This document shows, piece by piece, positions 32,447 through 39,627 of a DNA stretch of 43,770 bases. The translations under genes were made by a program, and so were the position numbers. Source of the stretch: a virus; the IMG/VR virus record IMGVR_UViG_3300045988_064273; one strand, 5' to 3'. Numbering within the stretch: the stretch's first letter is position 1; the number at the start of each line of letters is the position of its first letter. The notes beneath the pieces are model-generated. The model was not told the origin of the DNA, did no database searches, and saw only the letters and a program-made list of their open reading frames with translations.

Positions 32447-32585
32447 TCGTCCTTTCTTCCAAAAATCCTAAATCGATCTGGTTAATCTGCACCGCATCCA
32501 TCCCGGATATTCTGCAATCGCTGCAAGGGCAACTAAAGCAGCTTGGGGAATACGGGCAGGGCTTGTTTACTGTTGGCCGGCGCAT
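32373..32585 (-). CDS. Small Cys-rich protein (70 aa), paralog of 30076-30237
   Basis: SD GGGAGGA. MRRPTVNKPCPYSPSCFSCPCSDCRIS. Its 3' 74 nt overlap the next gene out of frame. Confidence 0.5.
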   Translation of the reverse strand: MRRPTVNKPCPYSPSCFSCPCSDCRISGMDAVQINQIDLGFLEERTNDDRKRFNNPKPKARKRSAESCLS

Positions 32586-33262
32586 ATTCCTCCCCATTGT
32601 TCGGCCATAGCCTTTGCTATGCCGAGGAAGGTCTTGCTCCGGATTTTGGCTGTTTGAGGGTCATTCCACGCGAGAATTTTCCCGTTTTCGTCCACCGCAT
32701 AATATGCGGATGCACCAACGCTAAACCCGCCCGGTAAGATTTTGCCAGGGTCAACAATTCTCGTCGGGATAAGAGGGGGTAGGTTTTTAAGCCATAGGCA
32801 GGTGCTTTTTCGAGCGTGTTCTCCAAACCAGTACGGTTGTATAATCTGCGTCGGCTTTTTATAGCGCGTACTCATAGCCCCTATCGGGTTTTCAACGGCT
32901 ATGCGGTCTACATCGGCGTTTATAAACTGCATAAAAAACCATGCCGCCTTGTCTCTATTATGCCCTCGCTCAACGGCTTTCTCACCATATCGCTCGACAT
33001 TAAACCACCTGTTTCCGGCAGCAGAGAGATATGTACAAGGAGGATGTGCTATCAGCAAGTCCCATTTGCCCACATCATGTGTCACGCCGTCCATTGTGGT
33101 AATCTGCCCACCTTTGAGGGCTTCGAGCGCGTCGCCGAGTATGTGCCACTCAGGATGCCCGCCCGACGGCTCAATTATGTCGCAACTGTAAGCCTCGTGC
33201 CCCTTTGCGCGGAACGCCTTGCACACCGTCTGGCTTTCTTCACAGGCTATAAGAACTTTCAT
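32567..33262 (-). CDS. Phage Dcm-like DNA (cytosine-5) methyltransferase-family protein (231 aa, short form)
   Basis: VLIACEESQTV..GHEAYSCDI, IAHPPCTYLSAAG (motif IV-like) and AVENPIG (motif VI-like). No restriction partner gene. Confidence 0.55.
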   Translation of the reverse strand: MKVLIACEESQTVCKAFRAKGHEAYSCDIIEPSGGHPEWHILGDALEALKGGQITTMDGVTHDVGKWDLLIAHPPCTYLSAAGNRWFNVERYGEKAVERGHNRDKAAWFFMQFINADVDRIAVENPIGAMSTRYKKPTQIIQPYWFGEHARKSTCLWLKNLPPLIPTRIVDPGKILPGGFSVGASAYYAVDENGKILAWNDPQTAKIRSKTFLGIAKAMAEQWGGICAGQQ

Positions 33263-33781
33263 TTAGTACACACTCCTAAACCAATTCTGAATACCGTCGC
33301 CGGTGAAAAAGACAGCGTTCTTATCAAGCTCCCTTGCCACCGCCGCGCCCTGCTTTTCCATGCTCCATCGCGCGAGTACATCTTCTGCAACGGCATAGAG
33401 GCTATCCCACACCGGGAAATCAGCCGAATAGCCGTAAAACTGCCCCGGTTGCGACACAACGCCGATTATGCTGTCAGGGAACCGCGCATCGTCAACGCGG
33501 TTCAAGACACACCATACGCACTGTTGCTGATTTAATAGGGTGCAGCCACGAGCCTCGCCGTATAGCATCTGCGCAAGGGCTATCACGTCGGCCTCGGTAA
33601 AGTACATCTCGTACTCAGGCTCTGCCACTTCCACTACGCACAGGCCGTGCGTATCAACCTCGGGCGGCACACCGTCCGCATCGGCCTTGTTGCCCCCTTT
33701 GTCAAGGGCAAGCAGTACCATGACTATCAGCGCCAGCAGCGCCGCGCACACCTGGGCTATGATGATCGTGTATTTATTCAT
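33263..33781 (-). CDS. SleB-type cell-wall hydrolase (Hydrolase_2) with an N-terminal TM anchor
   Basis: LAQMLYGEARGC...CVWCVLNRVDDARFPDSIIGVVSQPGQF. Confidence 0.75.
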   Translation of the reverse strand: MNKYTIIIAQVCAALLALIVMVLLALDKGGNKADADGVPPEVDTHGLCVVEVAEPEYEMYFTEADVIALAQMLYGEARGCTLLNQQQCVWCVLNRVDDARFPDSIIGVVSQPGQFYGYSADFPVWDSLYAVAEDVLARWSMEKQGAAVARELDKNAVFFTGDGIQNWFRSVY

Positions 33782-34490
33782 CGGCTACCTCGACAAATTC
33801 GCCGTCCGCAAGCTTATACCATGTATCAGCCTTTATTATTTCGCCGTCGATCTGTGCTGATTTAACGCAAACAGGGGCACAGCGCTGTTTATCGCTGTCA
33901 TATGCCCACTCCGCAAGTGTTATCCAGTTGCCGACTGCTCCTTTTATAATGCTGTTGAGGCCTATAGCAGCGCCTACGCTGGTGTTGCCCGAAATATCGA
34001 TCTTCGCGAAGTTGCCTGAGCTGCCTATCTGCGCGGAGTCGCCTGAGCTGCCTATCTGCGCGAAGCCGCCTGAGCTGCCTATCTGCGCGAAGCCGCCTGA
34101 GCTGCCTATCTGCGCGGAGCCGCCTGTTTCGACCTTATCACTCGGCATATTTTTTATCGTTTTCTCGTATACGAAATCTATACAGGCTTTGACGAAACCG
34201 GCAAAACCAAGCTTTACGCCGATTTTGATAGTGCTTGTGGCGAATTTTCGCCCATCATCGGTAACAGGCTCGTCGATAGCTTCGACAGTCGTAAATTCGC
34301 TGAACTTACCGTCGTTACGCACAAGCGGGTAATGATTCAACACATCAAACGGATTAACGCAGTAGTGCGTAACCCCGCCGACGCATACGCCGTGCCCGTT
34401 TTTCTTGTAGGTTTTGCCTTCTTCGTACTGATAACCCCTGCATACGAGTCCGGGGTCATAGGCTTTGTAGCCGTGTTTGTTGTCTGTCAT
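33774..34490 (-). CDS. Hypothetical protein (238 aa) with a conserved phage N-domain and a 9-aa tandem repeat (AQIGSSGxF)
   Basis: GYKAYDPGLVCRGYQYEEGKTY..HYCVNPFDVLNHYP, followed by the repeat array. Confidence 0.6.
   Translation of the reverse strand: MTDNKHGYKAYDPGLVCRGYQYEEGKTYKKNGHGVCVGGVTHYCVNPFDVLNHYPLVRNDGKFSEFTTVEAIDEPVTDDGRKFATSTIKIGVKLGFAGFVKACIDFVYEKTIKNMPSDKVETGGSAQIGSSGGFAQIGSSGGFAQIGSSGDSAQIGSSGNFAKIDISGNTSVGAAIGLNSIIKGAVGNWITLAEWAYDSDKQRCAPVCVKSAQIDGEIIKADTWYKLADGEFVEVADE
34024..34131. repeat. Four 27-bp tandem repeats inside 33774-34490
   Basis: GCCTGAGCTGCCTATCTGCGCG(G/A)AG(T/C)C x4, with units 2 and 3 identical. Confidence 0.9.
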
Positions 34491-35200
34491 GGTTGTTCCC
34501 CTTTCACTTTTGCGTAGATCGCTTTTAAGTTTTCAAGCTCGTCGCTGCTGACATTCTCCCTGTGCTGCTCAACGCCTAGTCGCTGCTGTTCGCGTTCTTT
34601 CAGCGGATAGACATCCTGCCAGCATTTAACGATGCTTTGTTCAAGCACCGATTTCCACTGCTCCGGCGGAAATTCGTTTTTAAGCTTTGTCACTAAAAGC
34701 TGCTTTGCCCTGTCAGTCATGGGCTTTCTGATGCTCCGGCGCATTTTCTCGAAGTCTTTCAAAACGGCCAGTAAATCACCATCACCGGCCGCGAAAGCGG
34801 CGAATGCGTCAGCATCGCGCGTGCGCGCGCTTTTGTCTTTGTCTTTGTCGATTGTCTTATTGTCTTTGTCGATTGTCTTATTGTCTTTGTCTTGTGGGCT
34901 TTTGCTTGCACTTGCTGCATTTGCTTGCAAATGCTCTTTTTGCTCGCAAGTGCTCCTTTTGCTTGCACTTGCTGCGTCACGCCGCTTTTGAGACAACTCA
35001 TCCTTTGATAAAACATCTCTATCAATCTGCGCCCTCATCATGGGGAATAAGAATCGTTCGTTCCCGTTGAGCTGCGGAACTTCGCCCGACCTTGCATAGG
35101 TTAACAAGGAAGTGAAAAGTCTCCCCCTCTCAGCGTCACCGAGCGGCTCTATCGCATCGAGATAATCAACAAAGACCTTGATATAAGTTATCTCGGCCAT
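34487..35200 (-). CDS. Putative replication initiator / replisome-organiser-like protein (237 aa)
   Basis: Lies next to ssb. C-terminal ...SIVKCWQDVYP resembles phage replication-protein C-domains. Carries internal iterons. Confidence 0.45.
   Translation of the reverse strand: MAEITYIKVFVDYLDAIEPLGDAERGRLFTSLLTYARSGEVPQLNGNERFLFPMMRAQIDRDVLSKDELSQKRRDAASASKRSTCEQKEHLQANAASASKSPQDKDNKTIDKDNKTIDKDKDKSARTRDADAFAAFAAGDGDLLAVLKDFEKMRRSIRKPMTDRAKQLLVTKLKNEFPPEQWKSVLEQSIVKCWQDVYPLKEREQQRLGVEQHRENVSSDELENLKAIYAKVKGEQP
34840..34894. repeat. 21-bp tandem repeat (2.6 copies), TGTCTTTGTCGATTGTCTTAT
   Basis: 34840-34860 and 34861-34881 are identical, and a partial third copy follows. Confidence 0.85.
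34901..34976. repeat. Four tandem 19-bp iterons, TTTGCT(T/C)GCA(C/A)nTGCT
   Basis: Units start at 34901, 34920, 34939 and 34958. A 19-bp period is not a multiple of 3. Confidence 0.8.
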
Positions 35201-35208
35201 AGCTCACC

Positions 35209-35610
35209 CTAAAACGGAAGGTCTCCATCGTCCGGCAGCTCTTCAAAGTCTGCTGCGGATATATCGGGTGAGGGCACGGAAGCAGCGCGGCGGCTCTCAC
35301 CGAAATAGACATGCTCTGCAACGACCTTTGCGGTAACTCTCCGTTTGCCGTCGTTGTCCTGCCATTCGTCCATTGCAAGCCTGCCCTGCACAACTATCAT
35401 GCTGCCGGTCTCGAAGTATTTGCCGACGAAGTCAGCCGTTGAGCGCCATGCCTCGCAGTTTATGAAATCCGTCTTGGGCTTGCCGCCCTCGCTTCCGGCA
35501 TAGTCGCGCTGACAGGCGACCGTGAATGACGCAACCGGGATGTTAGTCCTCGTGTATCGCGTTTCGGGCGTTCTCGTCAGTCTGCCCATGATGGTTATCT
35601 GATTAAGCAT
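35209..35610 (-). CDS. ssb: Single-stranded DNA-binding protein
   Basis: OB-fold pattern ITIMGRLTRTPE...VVQGRL.. and an acidic tail DDGDLPF. Start moved to MLNQ (SD AAGGAG). Confidence 0.9.
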   Translation of the reverse strand: MLNQITIMGRLTRTPETRYTRTNIPVASFTVACQRDYAGSEGGKPKTDFINCEAWRSTADFVGKYFETGSMIVVQGRLAMDEWQDNDGKRRVTAKVVAEHVYFGESRRAASVPSPDISAADFEELPDDGDLPF

Positions 35611-35621
35611 TGTTTCTCCTT

Positions 35622-35900
35622 TCAAATCCATGACTTGCCGAACACTTCCATGAACTTTTCGTGTCCGTATAGTTTTTCAAATCGTTCCTGGCACTCGCGC
35701 TTTAAGCGCAAATCAAAATCGTGGTTTCGGTGTACGCTGTATTCTGCGCCGGTGTGCCAGTCCCAGCGCAGCCATACCCAGCAGCCCCATTTGTCGGCGG
35801 CTTGCCTGCGTCCTCCGCCGTATACATGGTGCCGGTTTAGACCCTGTGTGTCGCCGGTGATGTAGCATTCCCGGCGGCTCTGCATGATGCTATCTGCCAT
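35622..35900 (-). CDS. Small HNH/NinG-like protein (92 aa)
   Basis: ...LNRHHVYGGGRRQ...VHRNHDFDL. Start moved to MADSIMQ (SD GGAGG). Confidence 0.35.
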   Translation of the reverse strand: MADSIMQSRRECYITGDTQGLNRHHVYGGGRRQAADKWGCWVWLRWDWHTGAEYSVHRNHDFDLRLKRECQERFEKLYGHEKFMEVFGKSWI

Positions 35901-36393
35901 CCCACGCCTCCAAAAGCGCCTCGATCTCGTCCTGCGGCCTTGTCTCAATGTCCAGTGCCCGGCAATCCTGTATCAGGTTGTCGATAAGCATTGACATCTG
36001 CCGTGTGTCGAAGTCTGAGCTGCCCATGTGGAAAAACACATTTGAATAACCTGTGTATGCCGGTTCTTTTTCCGCCTTGCGCCCGATGTGACCTTTTTGC
36101 CAATCGGTCATGGCAGCATCGGTGTACTCGTCGGGTATCAGCGCTATGTAATACAGCGTCGGGATATCCAGCAGCGCATTTCGGTAAACTTCTTCCGGGC
36201 TTATCCGCGTGGCAAGCGATATGTCGTTTATCAGCTTCCATGCATAGGCGTTAGCATCCATACTGCGCTTTTTGCGCGTTTTCTTGATATCGTACTCGCC
36301 CGGCTTGAAGCTGTAGCAGAAGCGCCGCGCCTCGTCTCGGGAAACCGTGAGTCTTATCCCATCCGGCGTAAGCTCTGCTTTACTGATCTGCAT
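35890..36393 (-). CDS. NinB/Orf-like recombination mediator (167 aa)
   Basis: KKRSMDANAYAWKLINDIS resembles the lambda NinB RSLDQN..LW motif. Sits in the recombination module. Confidence 0.45.
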   Translation of the reverse strand: MQISKAELTPDGIRLTVSRDEARRFCYSFKPGEYDIKKTRKKRSMDANAYAWKLINDISLATRISPEEVYRNALLDIPTLYYIALIPDEYTDAAMTDWQKGHIGRKAEKEPAYTGYSNVFFHMGSSDFDTRQMSMLIDNLIQDCRALDIETRPQDEIEALLEAWDGR

Positions 36394-37039
36394 TTTTCTC
36401 AGCCTCTACGCATTTATCGCAAAGCACCTTGCCGAATTTCTTCTTTGTTCCCTCGCTCCATTTGCGGAGGGATATAGGCTTGCCGTCAGCGCCGAAATAG
36501 ATAGTCAGCGGATGATTGCACTTTTCGCAGCGGTAAACTAAATCCTCTTTCGGCTTTGCAGGCTGCTCGACCGGCGGCTTGCGCTCAATTTTCGGCTTAT
36601 CGTTGTACTTCGTTTCGTCGCGGCTGAAATAAATGTCTGCGCCGATGCCCAGTGCCTTAGCTGCAACGCTTATCGCGTCGGTTAGGCTCATCTTGTAGCA
36701 CTCATCCGACATATACGCCCCGTTGCGTTCCTGCGCCACAAAGCTTGCGCCGCCAGTGCCGGGGATACCGTGGCTTTCCACGCCGGTATCGGGGTCTACG
36801 TAGTAAAGTTTGATATCGACGAATGCCGCCGTCTGCTTGCTTATCGGGTCATGCTCAAGGTGCTTGTCGGTGATCTCGTACCACCAGCCGACGCCGGCAG
36901 GTCCGAACATCTTCGTCAGCATCTTGATGCGCCACATTGGGTTGATGTCGCTCATGCCCTTCAAGCGCCCGGCGGCTATCGGCTTAAGCGCACTATCGGG
37001 GACGCTGCGCCCCATGTTGTAGTATTTAAGGTTGTCCAT
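36380..37039 (-). CDS. Rad52/Sak-type single-strand annealing protein with a C-terminal zinc ribbon
   Basis: LKPIAAGRLKGMSDINPMWRIKMLTKMFGPAGVGWWYE; C-terminal CEKC...CDKC. Confidence 0.75.
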   Translation of the reverse strand: MDNLKYYNMGRSVPDSALKPIAAGRLKGMSDINPMWRIKMLTKMFGPAGVGWWYEITDKHLEHDPISKQTAAFVDIKLYYVDPDTGVESHGIPGTGGASFVAQERNGAYMSDECYKMSLTDAISVAAKALGIGADIYFSRDETKYNDKPKIERKPPVEQPAKPKEDLVYRCEKCNHPLTIYFGADGKPISLRKWSEGTKKKFGKVLCDKCVEAEKNADQ

Positions 37040-37043
37040 CTTC

Positions 37044-37529
37044 TCACCTCACGCTCATGTTCACACGCTCGACCAGCTTGCAGCCGGGTATCTCCTGACC
37101 GGCTTTGAGCGCCGCTGTAATGGCTTTTTTGTCCGGCGCGGTCGTTACCTTTGTCGTGATGTATTCCACCGGGCACAGGCTCTCATCGACCTCGGCAGCC
37201 GTGCTCTTGCGCCACGACACCGCAACCTTTGCGGTCTGGAATTTCTCGCCGTTAAGCGCGTCGGAAGCGTCGGCCTTGAGCCTGTCCGCACGTTTCTCAA
37301 GCGCGGCCTGTCGCGCCTTGAGGGTCTTTATCTCTGCCGCTATCGCCTCTGCGTCGCTCACGCAGTTTTTGTAGAGCAGCAGCGTGTTTTCGATGATCTC
37401 TTCGCGGCTGATCTCAAGCTCTGCGTATCTTTCCGCGAATGCGTCCGGGTCTGTAAGCTCCCCTGTCTCGGGGTCAACAAACTCGTCATAAAGCTTGTAG
37501 ATTGCGTTGTCCACCCAGTAAAGGTTCAT
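37044..37529 (-). CDS. Siphovirus Gp157-like protein
   Basis: Coiled-coil N-terminal half and ...FQTAKVAVSWRKS..V C-terminal half. Lies upstream of the annealase, as is typical. Confidence 0.7.
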   Translation of the reverse strand: MNLYWVDNAIYKLYDEFVDPETGELTDPDAFAERYAELEISREEIIENTLLLYKNCVSDAEAIAAEIKTLKARQAALEKRADRLKADASDALNGEKFQTAKVAVSWRKSTAAEVDESLCPVEYITTKVTTAPDKKAITAALKAGQEIPGCKLVERVNMSVR

Positions 37530-37547
37530 TTGCCGTCCTCCTTTTTG

Positions 37548-37685
37548 TTATTTAAATGTGTATCTCTCGCGCCTCTTAGCGCACTCGGCCTCCGCAGTAT
37601 CGGCAAACCATACAAGCGCCGATACAATGCCGCCTATCGTAAATACGATGCCCATGACGGCCACGCAGAACCAAAACAGTATCAT
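37548..37685 (-). CDS. Small TM protein (45 aa) absent from the ORF track
   Basis: SD AAAGGGGAAAGGG. MILFWFCVAVMGIVFTIGGIVSALVWF... Confidence 0.45.
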   Translation of the reverse strand: MILFWFCVAVMGIVFTIGGIVSALVWFADTAEAECAKRRERYTFK

Positions 37686-37699
37686 TACCCTTTCCCCTT

Positions 37700-37942
37700 T
37701 CAGCACTTGCCCACAAGTGCCCTCAGCTCGTCTATCGGGATATCCAGCGCCCTTGACAGCGCCTTGACCTCACCGATCTTCCACGCATCCGACGTTCCGC
37801 CCATCATCGAGCGGTAACGCCCTACGCTTATGCCCATTCTGGCGGCAAGCTTGACCTCGCTCAGCTGCAACGCACTTTTTCGACCGAGCACGAGCTCCTT
37901 TAGCGGGTCTCTGTCGATTTTGCCAAATCGCGTTCTCGGCAT
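37700..37942 (-). CDS. HTH DNA-binding protein (80 aa)
   Basis: Start moved to MPRTRFGK (SD GAAGGGGG). LSEVKLAARMGISVGRYRSMM. Confidence 0.6.
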   Translation of the reverse strand: MPRTRFGKIDRDPLKELVLGRKSALQLSEVKLAARMGISVGRYRSMMGGTSDAWKIGEVKALSRALDIPIDELRALVGKC

Positions 37943-37943
37943 T

Positions 37944-38150
37944 TTATTTGCCCCCTTCGTTTCTTCGTGCCATGATCGCATCAAACGCCGCGTTAAGCTT
38001 CGCCTCGGCGTTCCTGGGCTTGCGCTGGCCGTTGAGTATCATGGAAATATAGCTTTTGTGCACGCCCAACTCATTGGCGATATCTACCTTTGTTACCTTT
38101 GCGTTGTGCATGCGGCCTATGAGGTCTCCTGTCCACATTTCCGGCATCAT
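37944..38150 (-). CDS. XRE-like HTH protein (68 aa)
   Basis: Start moved to MMPEMW (SD GAAAGGAG). TKVDIANELGVHKSYISMILNG. Confidence 0.6.
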   Translation of the reverse strand: MMPEMWTGDLIGRMHNAKVTKVDIANELGVHKSYISMILNGQRKPRNAEAKLNAAFDAIMARRNEGGK

Positions 38151-38186
38151 ATCAGCTCCTTTCTGTTGCATTTATTCACATTTCGT

Positions 38187-38214
38187 GATACCCTCCTGTA
38201 AAAAAGGAGGTATC
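38187..38214 (+). promoter_or_regulatory. Hairpin pairing an anti-SD (CCCTCCT) with the SD (AGGAGG) of 38218-38499
   Basis: GATACCCTCC-tgtaaaaaa-GGAGGTATC (9 bp plus 1 bulge) ending 3 nt before the ATG. Confidence 0.45.
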
Positions 38215-38217
38215 TGC

Positions 38218-38499
38218 ATGTTCATAAATCCGCAGTTTAAAATTTTGTATTTGCTTCATAAAAACGGTCAGATGTCCAAAGCAGACATCTTGAATCACTT
38301 TAGAGTGTCCAAAGGCCTTGATGTTAATGCTCTCCTCAAGGATTTTGAAGCAAACGGCCATGTACGGCGCAGCAGCGATTGCTATTCGCTAACAAATTCC
38401 GGTCGTGTACTCCGGTCAGAGCTTGTGTATAACGAGGTTCGCTATTGGATAACAACAGGCATTGCCGTTGCTGCCGCACTCAAGGCATATTTGCTTTAG
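38218..38499 (+). CDS. Winged-helix protein with a C-terminal TM helix (93 aa)
   Basis: SD AAGGAGG. ILYLLHKNGQMSKADILNHF...; C-terminal YWITTGIAVAAALKAYLL. Confidence 0.6.
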   Translation: MFINPQFKILYLLHKNGQMSKADILNHFRVSKGLDVNALLKDFEANGHVRRSSDCYSLTNSGRVLRSELVYNEVRYWITTGIAVAAALKAYLL

Positions 38500-38639
38500 C
38501 CGCCGCGTATGAGCGGTGCAAGAAACGCCGATATCAGCGCGAATATTGCGAGTATGAGCGGCAGATTCGGGTGCTTCTCGGCAAATGACTTGTATAGCTC
38601 TCTGTTCAGGTCCTTTTTAAGCTTCTTCACTTTCCTCAT
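38496..38639 (-). CDS. Small tail-anchored membrane peptide (47 aa) absent from the ORF track
   Basis: SD AAGGGGG. MRKVKKLKKDLNRELYKSFAEKHPNLPLILAIFALISAFLAPLIRGG. Confidence 0.4.
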   Translation of the reverse strand: MRKVKKLKKDLNRELYKSFAEKHPNLPLILAIFALISAFLAPLIRGG

Positions 38640-38747
38640 CCCCCTTTCCAATTATTTTTTACAAAGCAGAACCCGGACACGCCGCGTGCGTCGTCACAAA
38701 AATGTACAGTTTATTCGCGGCATTCTCATCTTAAAGGAGTTGATTTC

Positions 38748-39140
38748 ATGCGTAGATGTAAAATGGTGATTGCTCTTGTCCTTGCCGCATGTATCGGCAT
38801 TACCGTTGTATATATAGCCTCGATGACCTCGCTTCTCCCGGGTGTTGAGTTCCGTTATGTTACCAACGGTCGAACCGGTGAACCTGTAAGCCTACTTGGC
38901 TCTTTGATCGCTTACGGTTTCATTTGGCTCATATTCAACGGCCTGATTTCTACATGCTTTTGCATTGCCATATCAATAGCCGGTACCATACTTAAACGAT
39001 GCGGGTACAAGCAGGAAATTGATAAGCTACTGAACGATGGCCTATTTCTTAACAGGCTTGGAATTTCTGCCATAGCCTCAACCGTCGTCACCGGCTTTTT
39101 TCTTCTGCTGTATATGTTCAACATCATAAGTCTCGTTTAG
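38748..39140 (+). CDS. Four-TM membrane protein (130 aa)
   Basis: SD AAAGGAG. Four hydrophobic segments. Confidence 0.65.
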   Translation: MRRCKMVIALVLAACIGITVVYIASMTSLLPGVEFRYVTNGRTGEPVSLLGSLIAYGFIWLIFNGLISTCFCIAISIAGTILKRCGYKQEIDKLLNDGLFLNRLGISAIASTVVTGFFLLLYMFNIISLV

Positions 39141-39148
39141 CTGCGGCC

Positions 39149-39340
39149 TTACCCGTTTAGCAGTTCATCCACCGTTACGCCGAGCACTCCGGCCACAGCC
39201 TTTATTGTTTTACTCATTGGCTCGCACTTGCCGTCTCTCCACTTCCCTATTGAGCCATTGCTGATGCCGGCTGCACGCTCAAGCGCCGCTATTGAATACC
39301 TCTGTTCTTTTGCCTTGCGATAAAGTATCTCTGTGTTCAT
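39149..39340 (-). CDS. Cro-like XRE-family HTH regulator (63 aa)
   Basis: SIAALERAAGISNGSIGKWRDG. Divergent from the CI-like gene. SD GAGGAGGTG. Confidence 0.8.
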   Translation of the reverse strand: MNTEILYRKAKEQRYSIAALERAAGISNGSIGKWRDGKCEPMSKTIKAVAGVLGVTVDELLNG

Positions 39341-39357
39341 TTTTTCACCTCCTCATA

Positions 39358-39382
39358 ATGTCAAGCATTATTTGCTTGACAT
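39358..39382. promoter_or_regulatory. Palindrome ATGTCAAGC-N7-GCTTGACAT (operator candidate)
   Basis: Perfect 9-bp arms, each containing a TTGACA hexamer. Confidence 0.5.
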
Positions 39383-39383
39383 T

Positions 39384-39418
39384 TCGATTTCATTTACATT
39401 GTATTAGAATGAAATCGA
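39384..39418. promoter_or_regulatory. Inverted repeat TCGATTTCATT-N13-AATGAAATCGA
   Basis: Perfect 11-bp arms within the cro-side leader. Confidence 0.5.
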
Positions 39419-39440
39419 AGCACTAATTTAACTAAGTTTC

Positions 39441-39469
39441 TTGACAGAGCTTAGAAACCGTGCTAATAT
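39441..39469 (+). promoter_or_regulatory. Candidate rightward (repressor-side) promoter
   Basis: TTGACA, 17-nt spacer, (TGc)TAATAT. The -35 is bracketed by GTTTCT...AGAAAC. Confidence 0.55.
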
Positions 39470-39545
39470 GAACTTGACCTTATAACTTCATATTTTTCAA
39501 GTCCGCTATATTAGAGGACTTAGTTTCTTGTGCCCTATGTGCCTT

Positions 39546-39574
39546 ATCATAACTAAGTTTTCTAAGTTTGTCAA
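39546..39574 (-). promoter_or_regulatory. Candidate leftward (lytic-side) promoter
   Basis: - strand TTGACA, 17-nt spacer, TATGAT. The -35 is bracketed by TTTCTAAG...CTTAGAAA. Confidence 0.55.
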
Positions 39575-39627
39575 TAGTAATCTTAGAAATTTTAGTTTGG
39601 CATATTGCACAAACTTCGGTGTAAAAA

